Notes under the pieces: generated by a model | The model's database searches: none | Told to the model about the DNA's origin: nothing | The model's input: the letters and a program-made list of their open reading frames with translations, nothing else | In this document: positions 1-9,058 of the stretch, piece by piece | How positions within the stretch are numbered: the first letter of the stretch is position 1 | How the letters are laid out: every line of letters starts with the position of its first letter | Program-made: the position numbers and the translations under genes | Assembly (NCBI GenBank): GCA_019056805.1 | Contig: DXJG01000007.1 | Coordinates: 60,001 to 92,000, forward strand | Origin: Candidatus Baldrarchaeota archaeon | GTDB taxonomy: Archaea > Asgardarchaeota > Baldrarchaeia > Baldrarchaeales > DXJG01 | Direction of reading: 5' to 3' | Length of the DNA stretch: 32,000 nucleotides

Positions 1-51
1 ATGAGAACTAAATTCTCTCCACTTATAGAATAGAGAGGATGTTGAAGTGCA

Positions 52-972
52 ATGTCCAAAATTGAATTTGATCCTCGTTTTTGGCATAATATTCAAGGTC
101 CCTTCGAAATGGATGTTTCAAGAAGATTTGAATACGATGAGGATTCTTTAGAATTGATTAGACGATGGTTGAGACTTCATGATTCCCAAGTTGAGGTAAT
201 AGTGGAAGTTGGTTCTGGAAGTGGATATTTTACCGAGAAACTTGTTGAAATGACTCATGGACAAGCAAAAATAGTTTGTGTTGAGCCAGATGATGTACTA
301 AGACGATATGCTGAAACTAAACTAGCTGGAAAAGCTGAATTTTTAAGTGGTTATGTTGAAGATCTTCCTTTGCCAAGTGATTACGCTGATTTAACAGTTT
401 GCCACATCCTTCTACATAACCTTCCTGATATTTACAAAGCAGTAAGAGAAATGGTACGCGTAACGAGAAAAGGTGGCATAGTTGCAGCAATAGAACCTGC
501 TATAGGAAGTTTCCATTATTATCCTGACGAAACGCTTAACAAACTTATTGAAAAAGTTCAAAAAGCTTTTGGCAAGAGTGTTTGGGAATTAAGAACTAAA
601 TTAATGAAATATCCAAGGGAGAAGCCTTGGATATACAAACCAGCTTATTATGTCAAGGTTTTTCACGAATGCGGGCTTACGGAGATAGAAATTCATGGAA
701 TCTTGTCTGTGTTCCTTTTAAGCGATCCACGTAGGTCTAGAAATCAGATAATAGAATGGCTCAAAGATAGATTAAAAGTATTAAAGGAAACCGAAAAACA
801 GGATTATGTTATTTTAAAGCGTGGTGGATTGAGTAAACAAGAGATAACCAGGTATCGTCAAAAATATAGACAGTACTTAGAAAAATTGATAAAGAAACCT
901 GAACTCATCTCTGAAACTCATGAAATGGAAATAACTTCGAGAATATTAATTTTAGGCCTAAAAAGAGAGTGA
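52..972 (+). CDS. Class I SAM-dependent methyltransferase (UbiE/Methyltransf_11-like); substrate unknown
   Basis: 306 aa ORF with motif I VEVGSGSG, an acidic residue at the end of beta2 (VCVEP), DLPLPSDYADLTVC and REMVRVTRKGG motifs. Confidence 0.85.
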   Translation: MSKIEFDPRFWHNIQGPFEMDVSRRFEYDEDSLELIRRWLRLHDSQVEVIVEVGSGSGYFTEKLVEMTHGQAKIVCVEPDDVLRRYAETKLAGKAEFLSGYVEDLPLPSDYADLTVCHILLHNLPDIYKAVREMVRVTRKGGIVAAIEPAIGSFHYYPDETLNKLIEKVQKAFGKSVWELRTKLMKYPREKPWIYKPAYYVKVFHECGLTEIEIHGILSVFLLSDPRRSRNQIIEWLKDRLKVLKETEKQDYVILKRGGLSKQEITRYRQKYRQYLEKLIKKPELISETHEMEITSRILILGLKRE

Positions 973-1118
973 AATCTGTTATTTAAGATGAATAATGTTA
1001 TGTCATTTATGATGTATATTGTAGTAGTATTTGTAGCAACATTTATATTGTAATGATATTATAATATGTTTGTAAAAAGCTTTTTTATAGATTCGGCAAA
1101 ACAACTGGGGTTCTTGGA

Positions 1119-1835
1119 TTGGGTAGGAAAGCTCTCGCAGTATACATTGGAGCATGTATGTCTCGTAACTCTATGCCTAGAATGCGGGGATATATTTTCC
1201 CTGATGGAAAATATGTATTTATACCTCAGGTAAGTAGTAATCAACATGCTCCAGGTCCAACCTATAGAGATCTAGGCCTTGACGAGTATGTACACCCCAG
1301 TTATTATGGATTAAAGGTACATTACGACCCTGAATTTGAAACTTTCACATATGGTGAATACGTAGGGAAAGCAGATCCATGTACTAAGAATTTGTTGCAG
1401 TTAAAACCTGGCGATTATTTGTTTTTTGTTACGTCTCTCCAGTTTAGCCCTGGTTCCTATAGACGCGAGTGGTGGGTTAAGCTAGAATGGGCTTATTACA
1501 TCATTGGTTATTTTGAAATAGAAGAGATATTTAATCACAAGGACCTTAACGTGGCTGCTGTTCAACATAAGTTGCGTAATAATGCTCATATTATTGCAGG
1601 AGACACAAGGCCTGACCTTGTAATATGGAAAGGTAGTGAACGCTCCGCAAAATTAGAATACGCTGTTCCAATAAGTGATAAAAATATTCCAACCTCTCTA
1701 GCTTGTGAAATTTTCAAAGTAGATTTAAGGAAGAGAATAAGGCCTAGATGGTGGCAAACCTATTTAATAAATGAAAATAGACTTGAGAAACTATGGAGAC
1801 TCATTAAATCAATCAATATTATTCACATTTTCTGA
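1119..1835 (+). CDS. Nmad3-like (nucleotide modification associated domain 3) protein
   Basis: 238 aa, TTG start. N-terminal RGYIFPDGKYVFIP, central VHYDPEFETFTYGE, LKPGDYLFF and YIIGYF, then NAH, match the pattern I recall for the Nmad3 family; not verified by HMM. Confidence 0.6.
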   Translation: MGRKALAVYIGACMSRNSMPRMRGYIFPDGKYVFIPQVSSNQHAPGPTYRDLGLDEYVHPSYYGLKVHYDPEFETFTYGEYVGKADPCTKNLLQLKPGDYLFFVTSLQFSPGSYRREWWVKLEWAYYIIGYFEIEEIFNHKDLNVAAVQHKLRNNAHIIAGDTRPDLVIWKGSERSAKLEYAVPISDKNIPTSLACEIFKVDLRKRIRPRWWQTYLINENRLEKLWRLIKSINIIHIF

Positions 1836-1867
1836 TTTTACTATTTTTGTTGTAAAATGTTAATTTA

Positions 1868-2758
1868 TCATGTTATTGCGAGTATATAGATTCCAAGGAT
1901 AATAGTTGCTATACCTATTGTACGTGGTTTATCGAGTTTTTCTTTAAGTATTGCAACTCCGAAAATTGTTGAAAAGAGTGGAGAACTTGAGGTTATTATT
2001 GTAGATTTCGCTGCACCTATCAAATTTATTGAGAAAAGAAATAATAGTGCTCCGAGACCTATTCCAAGAATACCACCAGCTAACAGAACAGTTAAACTTA
2101 ATCTCCTCAAATTCTTAATTTCTTTCCTCTTACTTCTTTTGGGTAGTATTAGTAGCCATACAATTATATTAAGAACAATTAACCTTACAAAGTTAAGGAA
2201 GAGAGGCTCTATGTTTAGAAGAAGAACTTTGAGAATGGGTATGCTTGTACCCCAGCAAAAAGCAGCTAACAATGCTGCAATTAATCCTTTAACCATATGA
2301 TTATTTTGATTTCTCTCCGCTTTGAAAAATAATAGAAATATTCCTGAAACGACGAGTATAGCGCTTATGAAGGTCCATATGTTGACGGTTTCTTGTAGGA
2401 GGAAGTATGCAAAGATTGTGACAAAAAGAGAGTACGTATATGATACTGGGTATCCTATTGCTACACCAGCATCTCTTAAAGCTATGAAAAACAAGCAATC
2501 ACCAAGTAAAATACCTAGGGAAACATTTACTACTATAAGGAAGAGAAGCCATGAGGTTAGTTTGTTAACTTCGCTTAATTTTCCCATGATTATTGTTACG
2601 AGAAATATAAAGATTAAAGCTGAAACGGCTCTAACACCATTTGCAACTATTACATCTGAATGTTCTTCTTTCAACCCAACCTTGTAGAGCACCGCTGCCA
2701 GTGACCATGAAATCGCTGTTAATATGCTTAACAGTATTCCAATTTCTTCTGCAAGCAA
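1868..2758 (-). CDS. EamA/DMT family transporter (about 10 TM, two EamA repeats)
   Basis: 296 aa hydrophobic protein with internal duplication (AISWSLAAVLYK / AFCWGTSIPILK; FAYFLLQE / FGVAILKE). TTG start with AGGTG upstream. Confidence 0.9.
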   Translation of the reverse strand: MLAEEIGILLSILTAISWSLAAVLYKVGLKEEHSDVIVANGVRAVSALIFIFLVTIIMGKLSEVNKLTSWLLFLIVVNVSLGILLGDCLFFIALRDAGVAIGYPVSYTYSLFVTIFAYFLLQETVNIWTFISAILVVSGIFLLFFKAERNQNNHMVKGLIAALLAAFCWGTSIPILKVLLLNIEPLFLNFVRLIVLNIIVWLLILPKRSKRKEIKNLRRLSLTVLLAGGILGIGLGALLFLFSINLIGAAKSTIITSSSPLFSTIFGVAILKEKLDKPRTIGIATIILGIYILAIT

Positions 2759-2931
2759 GACTTACACCTGATAATTTTAGTTGATATTTGGAATTTGAAA
2801 CAGCAGAATACAATATCAACTTAACATAAAATTTTCTCTCTTAATTACTGGTACAGTTTTAATATCTTATGTAATCGTTGGGAACATGTTTCACATTGTT
2901 ATAAATTACTGTTATAAGATATAATGGGTTG

Positions 2932-3765
2932 TCAACGTTTTAGTATACCTATTGCCATTATTATGAGAGCTTCCATCAGTTTATACGCTTCTACGATATC
3001 TTGAGCTGTGTAGCCTACGATGTTTCCTTGTATTCTTTTAACATTGGGAATAAGTTCAGCTACATCTGCCATTGTTGAATCTGTAAACTCTAACTCAACG
3101 TTAAAGGGTGGTTGAGGCTTAAATGAAGCAACTTGTTTCTTCTTTACTTTTTCAATCGCCTTGGGAACAGCTTTTCTTATTTCTTTTTCTATGGTTTTTG
3201 GATGTTTTGTTAATGCTGCTCTACGTCCCAAAGCATACTTAGTAACTATTGTCTCGATATTTGGTACGGTGTTTTTAGCATGTTCAATAAGTTTATCATC
3301 TCCAGTAACAAGTGATATTGGCACATTGTAGTATCCTGCTACTGCAGCATTTAGCCAAAATTCGCTTACTTCAAATCCATTGATTTTGATTCTTTGTATT
3401 GTTGACCCGCTTATTGTATGATCTAAGATAGAGTGAATGGTCCCCTTCTTTGAATGATAACCTAGAAATAGAGCTGTATCAAATCCTTTGTCTATGTAAG
3501 CAACCATGCATGTGGCTCTTGGAAACCCTGTTACTACGTCAACATATTCTGGTAATTCTTCTATTAGAAGATTTATCATACTGCCATGGGAATCTGCGAC
3601 AACAATCTTCTCTGCACCAGTTTCTTGTAGCGCTTCAACTGCTGCTTTAACTTCTAGTGTCATCCATTTTCTAGCCCTTTCATACTCTTTTGAGTCAGAT
3701 ATGACATGTTTTAAAGAAACAACACCAACAATACCCTCCATATCGACTGAAATAAAAACTCTCAA
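2932..3765 (-). CDS. dppA: D-aminopeptidase, peptidase M55 (DppA family)
   Basis: ISVDMEGIVG, VADSHG, LGYHSK and LDHT metal-ligand motifs. TTG start 6 nt after a GGAGGTG ribosome-binding site (3772-3778, minus strand). Confidence 0.92.
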   Translation of the reverse strand: MRVFISVDMEGIVGVVSLKHVISDSKEYERARKWMTLEVKAAVEALQETGAEKIVVADSHGSMINLLIEELPEYVDVVTGFPRATCMVAYIDKGFDTALFLGYHSKKGTIHSILDHTISGSTIQRIKINGFEVSEFWLNAAVAGYYNVPISLVTGDDKLIEHAKNTVPNIETIVTKYALGRRAALTKHPKTIEKEIRKAVPKAIEKVKKKQVASFKPQPPFNVELEFTDSTMADVAELIPNVKRIQGNIVGYTAQDIVEAYKLMEALIIMAIGILKR

Positions 3766-4221
3766 ACATTACACCTCCACTGGTAACATAAATCATCTTC
3801 TATTTGTTAATTCGTTTTAGTAAACTTTCTTCACTACTGATTTCTCTCTAATTTAATTAATCTTATTTTAACAAGATAGCGGAAGATACGATTTTATCAC
3901 ATAAGTTTAATAATTTAAAGGATAGCTTGATTTGATAGAATTAAAGGTTATCATTATTGAATTATTTAATAATATAATGAAGGTTACTAAGTTTATTTTT
4001 GAAAGACTATTAATTATATGATACTATTAGAAAATTAAATAGTTTAGAATATAGATTAAATAAAATTTTATGTTAAACTGTCAAATTGTTTTAAAGTTCT
4101 TGAGATAAATTTTTAAATATTCAAATTCTCTTATTTTAGCAAAAAATTACCTTCTAGCTTACTTTCTCGATCAAAGCAAAAAGCAAGATGCTCTTAAAAA
4201 TGGGATAAGAGGTGTATAAAA

Positions 4222-6315
4222 GTGGATATCGCAGTTGAGCCAGAATGGTGGTACCTATGGATTCCTTTGCTAGCTAGCCTCATAGCTATTGGTGTGATTG
4301 CATATCTTATATCATACATTAAAAAGAAACCCGTTGGAACAGAGAAAATGAAAGAAATCGCCGAGGCTATCAGAATAGGCGCTAAGGCCTATCTAAAACG
4401 TCAAAACACCACGATCGCCATGGTCGCCCTGATTATAGCTGTCGGTCTATACATATATGACTTTGTCAGTCACGGTGGAATCCCATTCTATTCCCTTGCA
4501 TTCGTTCTAGGAGCAGCAGCATCTACCTTAGCCGGGTACATAGGTATGAACATCTCCACAATTGCTCATGTAAGAACCACCGAAGCCGCTAGGAACCATA
4601 ATCTTCCCGAAGCAACAAAAATCGCATTTCGTGGCGGTGCAGTCACAGGTTTAGGTATTACAAGTATAAGTATTCTCAGCCTCACCATCTTATACTATGT
4701 TTATTCAATGATTGCCGGTGTTCCAAACCCAGAACTAGTAGTTAGCTTCGGTTTCGGTGCCAGCTTAGTAGGTCTTTTTGCCCAGCTTGGAGGCGGCATC
4801 TACACTAAGGGTGCAGATGTTGGTGCAGATATAAGTGGAAAGGTTGAAGAAGGAATTCCTGAAGATGATCCAAGAAACCCAGCAGTAATAGCTGACCTAG
4901 TTGGAGACAACGTAGGCGACTGCGCTGGCAGAGGAGCTGACCTATTTGAATCTTTCACCGATAACAATATTGGTGCTATGATTCTTGGAATAGCACTCGT
5001 AGCATACTTTGGCTTCGCTGGCGTAGTATTTCCATTAATTGCAGGTGCCATCGGCATCGTAGCCTCAATTATCGGTATCTTAACCGTAGGTAAAATTAAG
5101 AAAGATGACCCAATGATGTCAATAAATGCAGGATACATTCTAATGGGTATCACGGCAGCGATTTTGTTCTATATCTCCATAGTATTAATGTTAGGAGGAA
5201 AAATTGTCTTTTTCATCGATATTGTTATTGGCATAATCACCGCTGTTTTAGTTGGCCTCTTAATACAATATTACACCAGCTATCAATACAAGCCAGTTAA
5301 GACCATAGCTGAGGCAGCAAAAACAGGGCCTGCAACAAACGTTATCACAGGACTAGCAGTCGGAATGAAGAGCACTGGAATACCACTCATCGTATTATCT
5401 GCTGCGATAATTATCTCGTACATAATCTCTGGCGGATTAGTCGACCATAAGATGGGCTTTTACGGAATCGCCATGGCTACACTGGGCATGTTATCTATGA
5501 CCAGTATAATCATGTCCTCTGACACATTTGGCCCAATAACCGATAATGCCGGTGGAATTGCAGAAATGTCTGGCCTTGGCGAAGACGTTAGAAAAATCAC
5601 TGACATGCTAGACTCTATTGGTAACACTACAAAAGCTATAACTAAAGGATATGCCATGGGCTGTGCAACACTTTCAGCATTCGTCCTCTTTGCATCATAC
5701 CTTGAAATAGTATCCGCAAGGATCCCAGATTTCACCATTAGCCTAACATCGCCTGTAACGATTCTAGGACTGTTTCTTGGAGGAATTGTTCCATTCCTAT
5801 TCTCAGCATACGCAATAGAGGCTGTTGGAAAAGCAGCATTCAAGATTGTAGAGGAAGTAAGAAGACAATTCAGAGAAATACCTGGATTAAGAGAAGGAAA
5901 AGCAAAGCCGAGATACGATGTGGCTGTTGACATTGCGACAAAGGCAGGTATAAAGGGTATGCTTATCCCTGGTGCCATAGGTATTATAAGTCCGATAGTT
6001 GTTGGAGTACTCTTTGGTACTGAGACACTTGCTGCATTTCTTCTTTCAGCCACTGTGACTGGTGTTATCTTAGCTATCTTTATGTTCAATGCTGGTGGTG
6101 CTTGGGACAACGCTAAGAAGTATATAGAGACTGGTGCTTTTGGAGGTAAGGGAAGCGATACTCATAAAGCAGCTGTTGTAGGAGACACAGTTGGAGATCC
6201 ATTAAAGGATACTAGTGGGCCTTCACTTCACATACTGGTTAAACTGCTTAACATCATTGCACTAACGTTGACCGTGCTGTTCTTGAATCCCATAATACTG
6301 CTTTTATTAGGCTAA
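4222..6315 (+). CDS. hppA: Membrane-integral ion-pumping pyrophosphatase, paralog 1 (K+-independent signature)
   Basis: 697 aa. Motifs DVGADISGKVE, EDDPRN, DNVGD, DNAGG, GNTTKA (Lys form), WDNAKK and GDTVGDPLKD are present. GTG start with GAGGTG at 4209-4214. Confidence 0.95.
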   Translation: MDIAVEPEWWYLWIPLLASLIAIGVIAYLISYIKKKPVGTEKMKEIAEAIRIGAKAYLKRQNTTIAMVALIIAVGLYIYDFVSHGGIPFYSLAFVLGAAASTLAGYIGMNISTIAHVRTTEAARNHNLPEATKIAFRGGAVTGLGITSISILSLTILYYVYSMIAGVPNPELVVSFGFGASLVGLFAQLGGGIYTKGADVGADISGKVEEGIPEDDPRNPAVIADLVGDNVGDCAGRGADLFESFTDNNIGAMILGIALVAYFGFAGVVFPLIAGAIGIVASIIGILTVGKIKKDDPMMSINAGYILMGITAAILFYISIVLMLGGKIVFFIDIVIGIITAVLVGLLIQYYTSYQYKPVKTIAEAAKTGPATNVITGLAVGMKSTGIPLIVLSAAIIISYIISGGLVDHKMGFYGIAMATLGMLSMTSIIMSSDTFGPITDNAGGIAEMSGLGEDVRKITDMLDSIGNTTKAITKGYAMGCATLSAFVLFASYLEIVSARIPDFTISLTSPVTILGLFLGGIVPFLFSAYAIEAVGKAAFKIVEEVRRQFREIPGLREGKAKPRYDVAVDIATKAGIKGMLIPGAIGIISPIVVGVLFGTETLAAFLLSATVTGVILAIFMFNAGGAWDNAKKYIETGAFGGKGSDTHKAAVVGDTVGDPLKDTSGPSLHILVKLLNIIALTLTVLFLNPIILLLLG
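4852..4952 (+). repeat. 101-nt tract shared with 7178-7278 (3 mismatches)
   Basis: Direct comparison of the two hppA genes over GIPEDDPRNPAVIAD-x-VGDNVGDCAGRGADLFES. Confidence 0.95.
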
Positions 6316-6324
6316 AACTCATTC

Positions 6325-6331
6325 TTTTTTT
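6325..6331 (+). terminator. Possible archaeal oligo-T terminator after hppA paralog 1
   Basis: T7 run 10 nt after the stop codon. Confidence 0.45.
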
Positions 6332-6562
6332 ATTTAAAGAATTTTATATAATTTCTCATTTATATTAAAGCTAATAGATAGTTATATTTAGGTGTATTTT
6401 AAAATCGTTAGTGTTCTCTATGTATTCAAAAGCGTTTATTGGAAAACCGGATCTTAATGAGACACATATTTTGCCCTGTCTGGGAGTTACCAATTATTAG
6501 AACAGTCAAAAAAGCCAACAAAAATGCAAAATGATGAATAAAGATGAAATGAGGGAAAAGTA

Positions 6563-8746
6563 ATGATAGGTGTCACCATACTCATACTAGTTACGGCTAT
6601 TGTTGGGGTTATTGGCGCAATTGGATTTCTTTTCCTTGTAAGCAAATACGAGACCGGAACAGAAGAAATGCAAAACGTGTGGCTAGCGATAAGACAAGGT
6701 TCCAATACTTATCTCAGTAGACAATTTAAATCGATTTTATCAATAGCAGTTATACTTGCAATACTCATAGCAATACTAGGATACATATTCCCCGTAGAAA
6801 CAGAAATAGGGCCAGATTATCTTTATGGAGCTAAAATTGCAGGGGCATTCATTCTAGGTTCGTTATTCTCATTACTCGCCGCTTATATCAGCATGGATGC
6901 GTCGACGAGAGCAAATGTAAGAACAACTGCAGCCGCGGTAAAAAGTTCACGTGAAGCACTTACCGTAGCAACCTACGGAGGAGCAGTACTTGGATTATCA
7001 GTTATCAGTATAAGTCTTCTAGGCTTAACAGCCCTTTACATCTTATTTAGGGATCCAGGGATACTTGCGGGCTTCGGTTTCGGTGCCAGTTTGGCAGCTC
7101 TTTTCGCTCAGCTTGGAGGCGGTATTTATACGAAGGCAGCTGACATAGGTGCTGACCTTGTAGGCAAAGTTGAAATGGGAATTCCTGAAGATGATCCAAG
7201 AAACCCAGCAGTAATAGCTGATCAAGTTGGAGACAACGTAGGCGACTGCGCTGGCAGAGGAGCTGACCTGTTTGAATCAGTAACCGCGGAAAATATTGGT
7301 GGTATGATAATTGGACTCATAGTATACTTCATCTTCTATTACACCACGGGTTTACGCGTCGAGTTGTTCATCATATTGCCGTTGTTAGTGAGAGGAATAG
7401 GAGTCTTTGCAACATACATTGGTGTGGGAATATCTCTTAAGAAAGAAGAATTCACCGATCCGATGACGCCGCTCAGAATAGGTTTCTTTACAAGTGTTGC
7501 AGCATGTGCAATTCTACTATATGTTGCTCTAACGATATTTCTACCACATGCGACATATCTTTACATAGCTTCTCTTCTCGGTATCTTGGCGAGTCTTTTC
7601 ATAGTACTTGAAACAGAAATTTATACAGCGAGCGGATCAAAATATGTTAAAGGGACAGCTGAGGCGGCGAAGACAGGCCCAGCAATAAATATATTATCAG
7701 GTCTTGCTGCTGGAATGGAATCCACCGCACTACCAATTATAACAATAGTTGCAGCTCTTGTAGGCTCCTTTTACCTCGGATCGCAATGGGCAGTTGTAAG
7801 TGGTTTAGGAGATGTTTTTATTGGAGGAGTTTATGGCACGACTTTAGCAACAATGGGAATGCTTTCAGTTTGTGGAATGGTTTTAACAATGGACGGTATT
7901 GGACCTATAGTTGACAATGCCGGTGGAATTGCTGAGTTAAGTGGAGCTGAAAAAGAATTAAGAGATAGATTAGAGCCTCTCGACGCTCTAGGAAACACTA
8001 CAAAAGCATTAACAAAAGGATACGCTATGGCTTCTGCAGCTTTAGCAGCGCTTCTACTATTTCAAGCATTTATTCTTGAAGTTGCAAGATACGAGGCAGG
8101 TATTTGGGACATTGTAAATCCGAGTCCGGAAGCTTTAACAGCACTACTTCAAACAATAGAATCATTCGTTAGCCAAATGGCATTAAACAAGATAACTGTA
8201 GTCATTGGAGCTTTCGTTGGAGGGATGATTCCATTCTTGTTCTCCTCTGCAGCTATAAAGGCTGTTGGAGACGCTGCTCACGTAATGGTTGAAGAGGTAA
8301 GAAGACAATTCCGAGAAATACCTGGACTAAGAGAAGGAAAAGCAAGACCAGATTACTCTCGATGCGTTGACATAAGCACAAAATACGCGCTTAAAAAGAT
8401 GATTATACCTGGGTTGATAGCAATTATTTCACCGCTAGTTATTGGATATGTTTTTGGCTGGGTAGCAGTGGGTGCATTGGTAATTGGTGCAACGGTAACA
8501 GGAGTTCCATTGGCAATAATGATGATGTGGGGAGGATGTATCTGGGACAATGCAAAAAAATACGTCGAATCTGGAAAATTTGGAGGTAAAGGCTCCTCAA
8601 CACATGCAGCAGCTGTTGTAGGAGACACAGTTGGAGATCCATTGAAAGATACAGCAGGTCCAAGTCTCCACATACTAATAAAACTACTAAACACAGTGTC
8701 TCTCGTTTTCATACCAGTATTTCTCGCATCGCTACTTATAATCTAA
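6563..8746 (+). CDS. hppA: Membrane-integral ion-pumping pyrophosphatase, paralog 2 (K+-independent signature)
   Basis: 727 aa. Motifs DIGADLVGKVE, EDDPRN, DNVGD, DNAGG, GNTTKA, WDNAKK and GDTVGDPLKD are all intact. Confidence 0.95.
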   Translation: MIGVTILILVTAIVGVIGAIGFLFLVSKYETGTEEMQNVWLAIRQGSNTYLSRQFKSILSIAVILAILIAILGYIFPVETEIGPDYLYGAKIAGAFILGSLFSLLAAYISMDASTRANVRTTAAAVKSSREALTVATYGGAVLGLSVISISLLGLTALYILFRDPGILAGFGFGASLAALFAQLGGGIYTKAADIGADLVGKVEMGIPEDDPRNPAVIADQVGDNVGDCAGRGADLFESVTAENIGGMIIGLIVYFIFYYTTGLRVELFIILPLLVRGIGVFATYIGVGISLKKEEFTDPMTPLRIGFFTSVAACAILLYVALTIFLPHATYLYIASLLGILASLFIVLETEIYTASGSKYVKGTAEAAKTGPAINILSGLAAGMESTALPIITIVAALVGSFYLGSQWAVVSGLGDVFIGGVYGTTLATMGMLSVCGMVLTMDGIGPIVDNAGGIAELSGAEKELRDRLEPLDALGNTTKALTKGYAMASAALAALLLFQAFILEVARYEAGIWDIVNPSPEALTALLQTIESFVSQMALNKITVVIGAFVGGMIPFLFSSAAIKAVGDAAHVMVEEVRRQFREIPGLREGKARPDYSRCVDISTKYALKKMIIPGLIAIISPLVIGYVFGWVAVGALVIGATVTGVPLAIMMMWGGCIWDNAKKYVESGKFGGKGSSTHAAAVVGDTVGDPLKDTAGPSLHILIKLLNTVSLVFIPVFLASLLII
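7178..7278 (+). repeat. Second copy of the 101-nt tract (cf. 4852-4952)
   Basis: 44 nt identical, 2 mismatches within 3 nt, 45 nt identical, 1 mismatch, 8 nt identical. Confidence 0.95.
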
Positions 8747-8859
8747 TTTCTCATTTTTTGTTAAAAAGCCATAGACCTTTTTATTTGTTAAGAAATAAGT
8801 TAGAAATATGTTGTTTGTTCTTATGGCGCATGATCATATACTTGATATCAGCAACATAA

Positions 8860-9009
8860 AATGACATTTAAAAACGGTCAAAATCTTTGTTTTCCGTCAA
8901 TAACATATTTTTGGAAAGAGTTCTTCAGACCAGATATCGATGAATGATAATATATAAAAAATATTGGCAGAATAATTGGTAAAAAGCTGAAATTAACTTC
9001 CTTATTAGT
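8860..9009 (-). pseudogene. Possible decayed DUF262 (ParB-like/GmrSD) fragment
   Basis: Minus-strand open stretch reads ...LPIILPIFFIYY...KYVIDGKQRF*. Removing 2 T from a T-run restores QRLTVF. Motif resemblance only. Confidence 0.3.
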
Positions 9010-9058
9010 TCATAGGTATTATTTGTTGCGATTGGACGAATTGCAGAGGTGAAAACTT

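Noticed and set aside
1059-1247. Short ORFs overlapping real genes (1059-1247, 9019-9210, 10167-10409, 12197-12394 and others)
   Set aside because: They overlap better-supported genes and show no coding signatures.
3821-4140. Very AT-rich divergent intergenic region with short TTTAATAAT-like repeats and TATA-like boxes
   Set aside because: Such motifs are expected by chance at this composition; no specific promoter or operator can be singled out.
4800-6110. Long antisense ORFs (4800-5153, 5460-6110) and similar ones opposite hppA2, ade, the helicase and EIIA
   Set aside because: Shadow frames of strongly conserved sense genes; no motifs or ribosome-binding sites.
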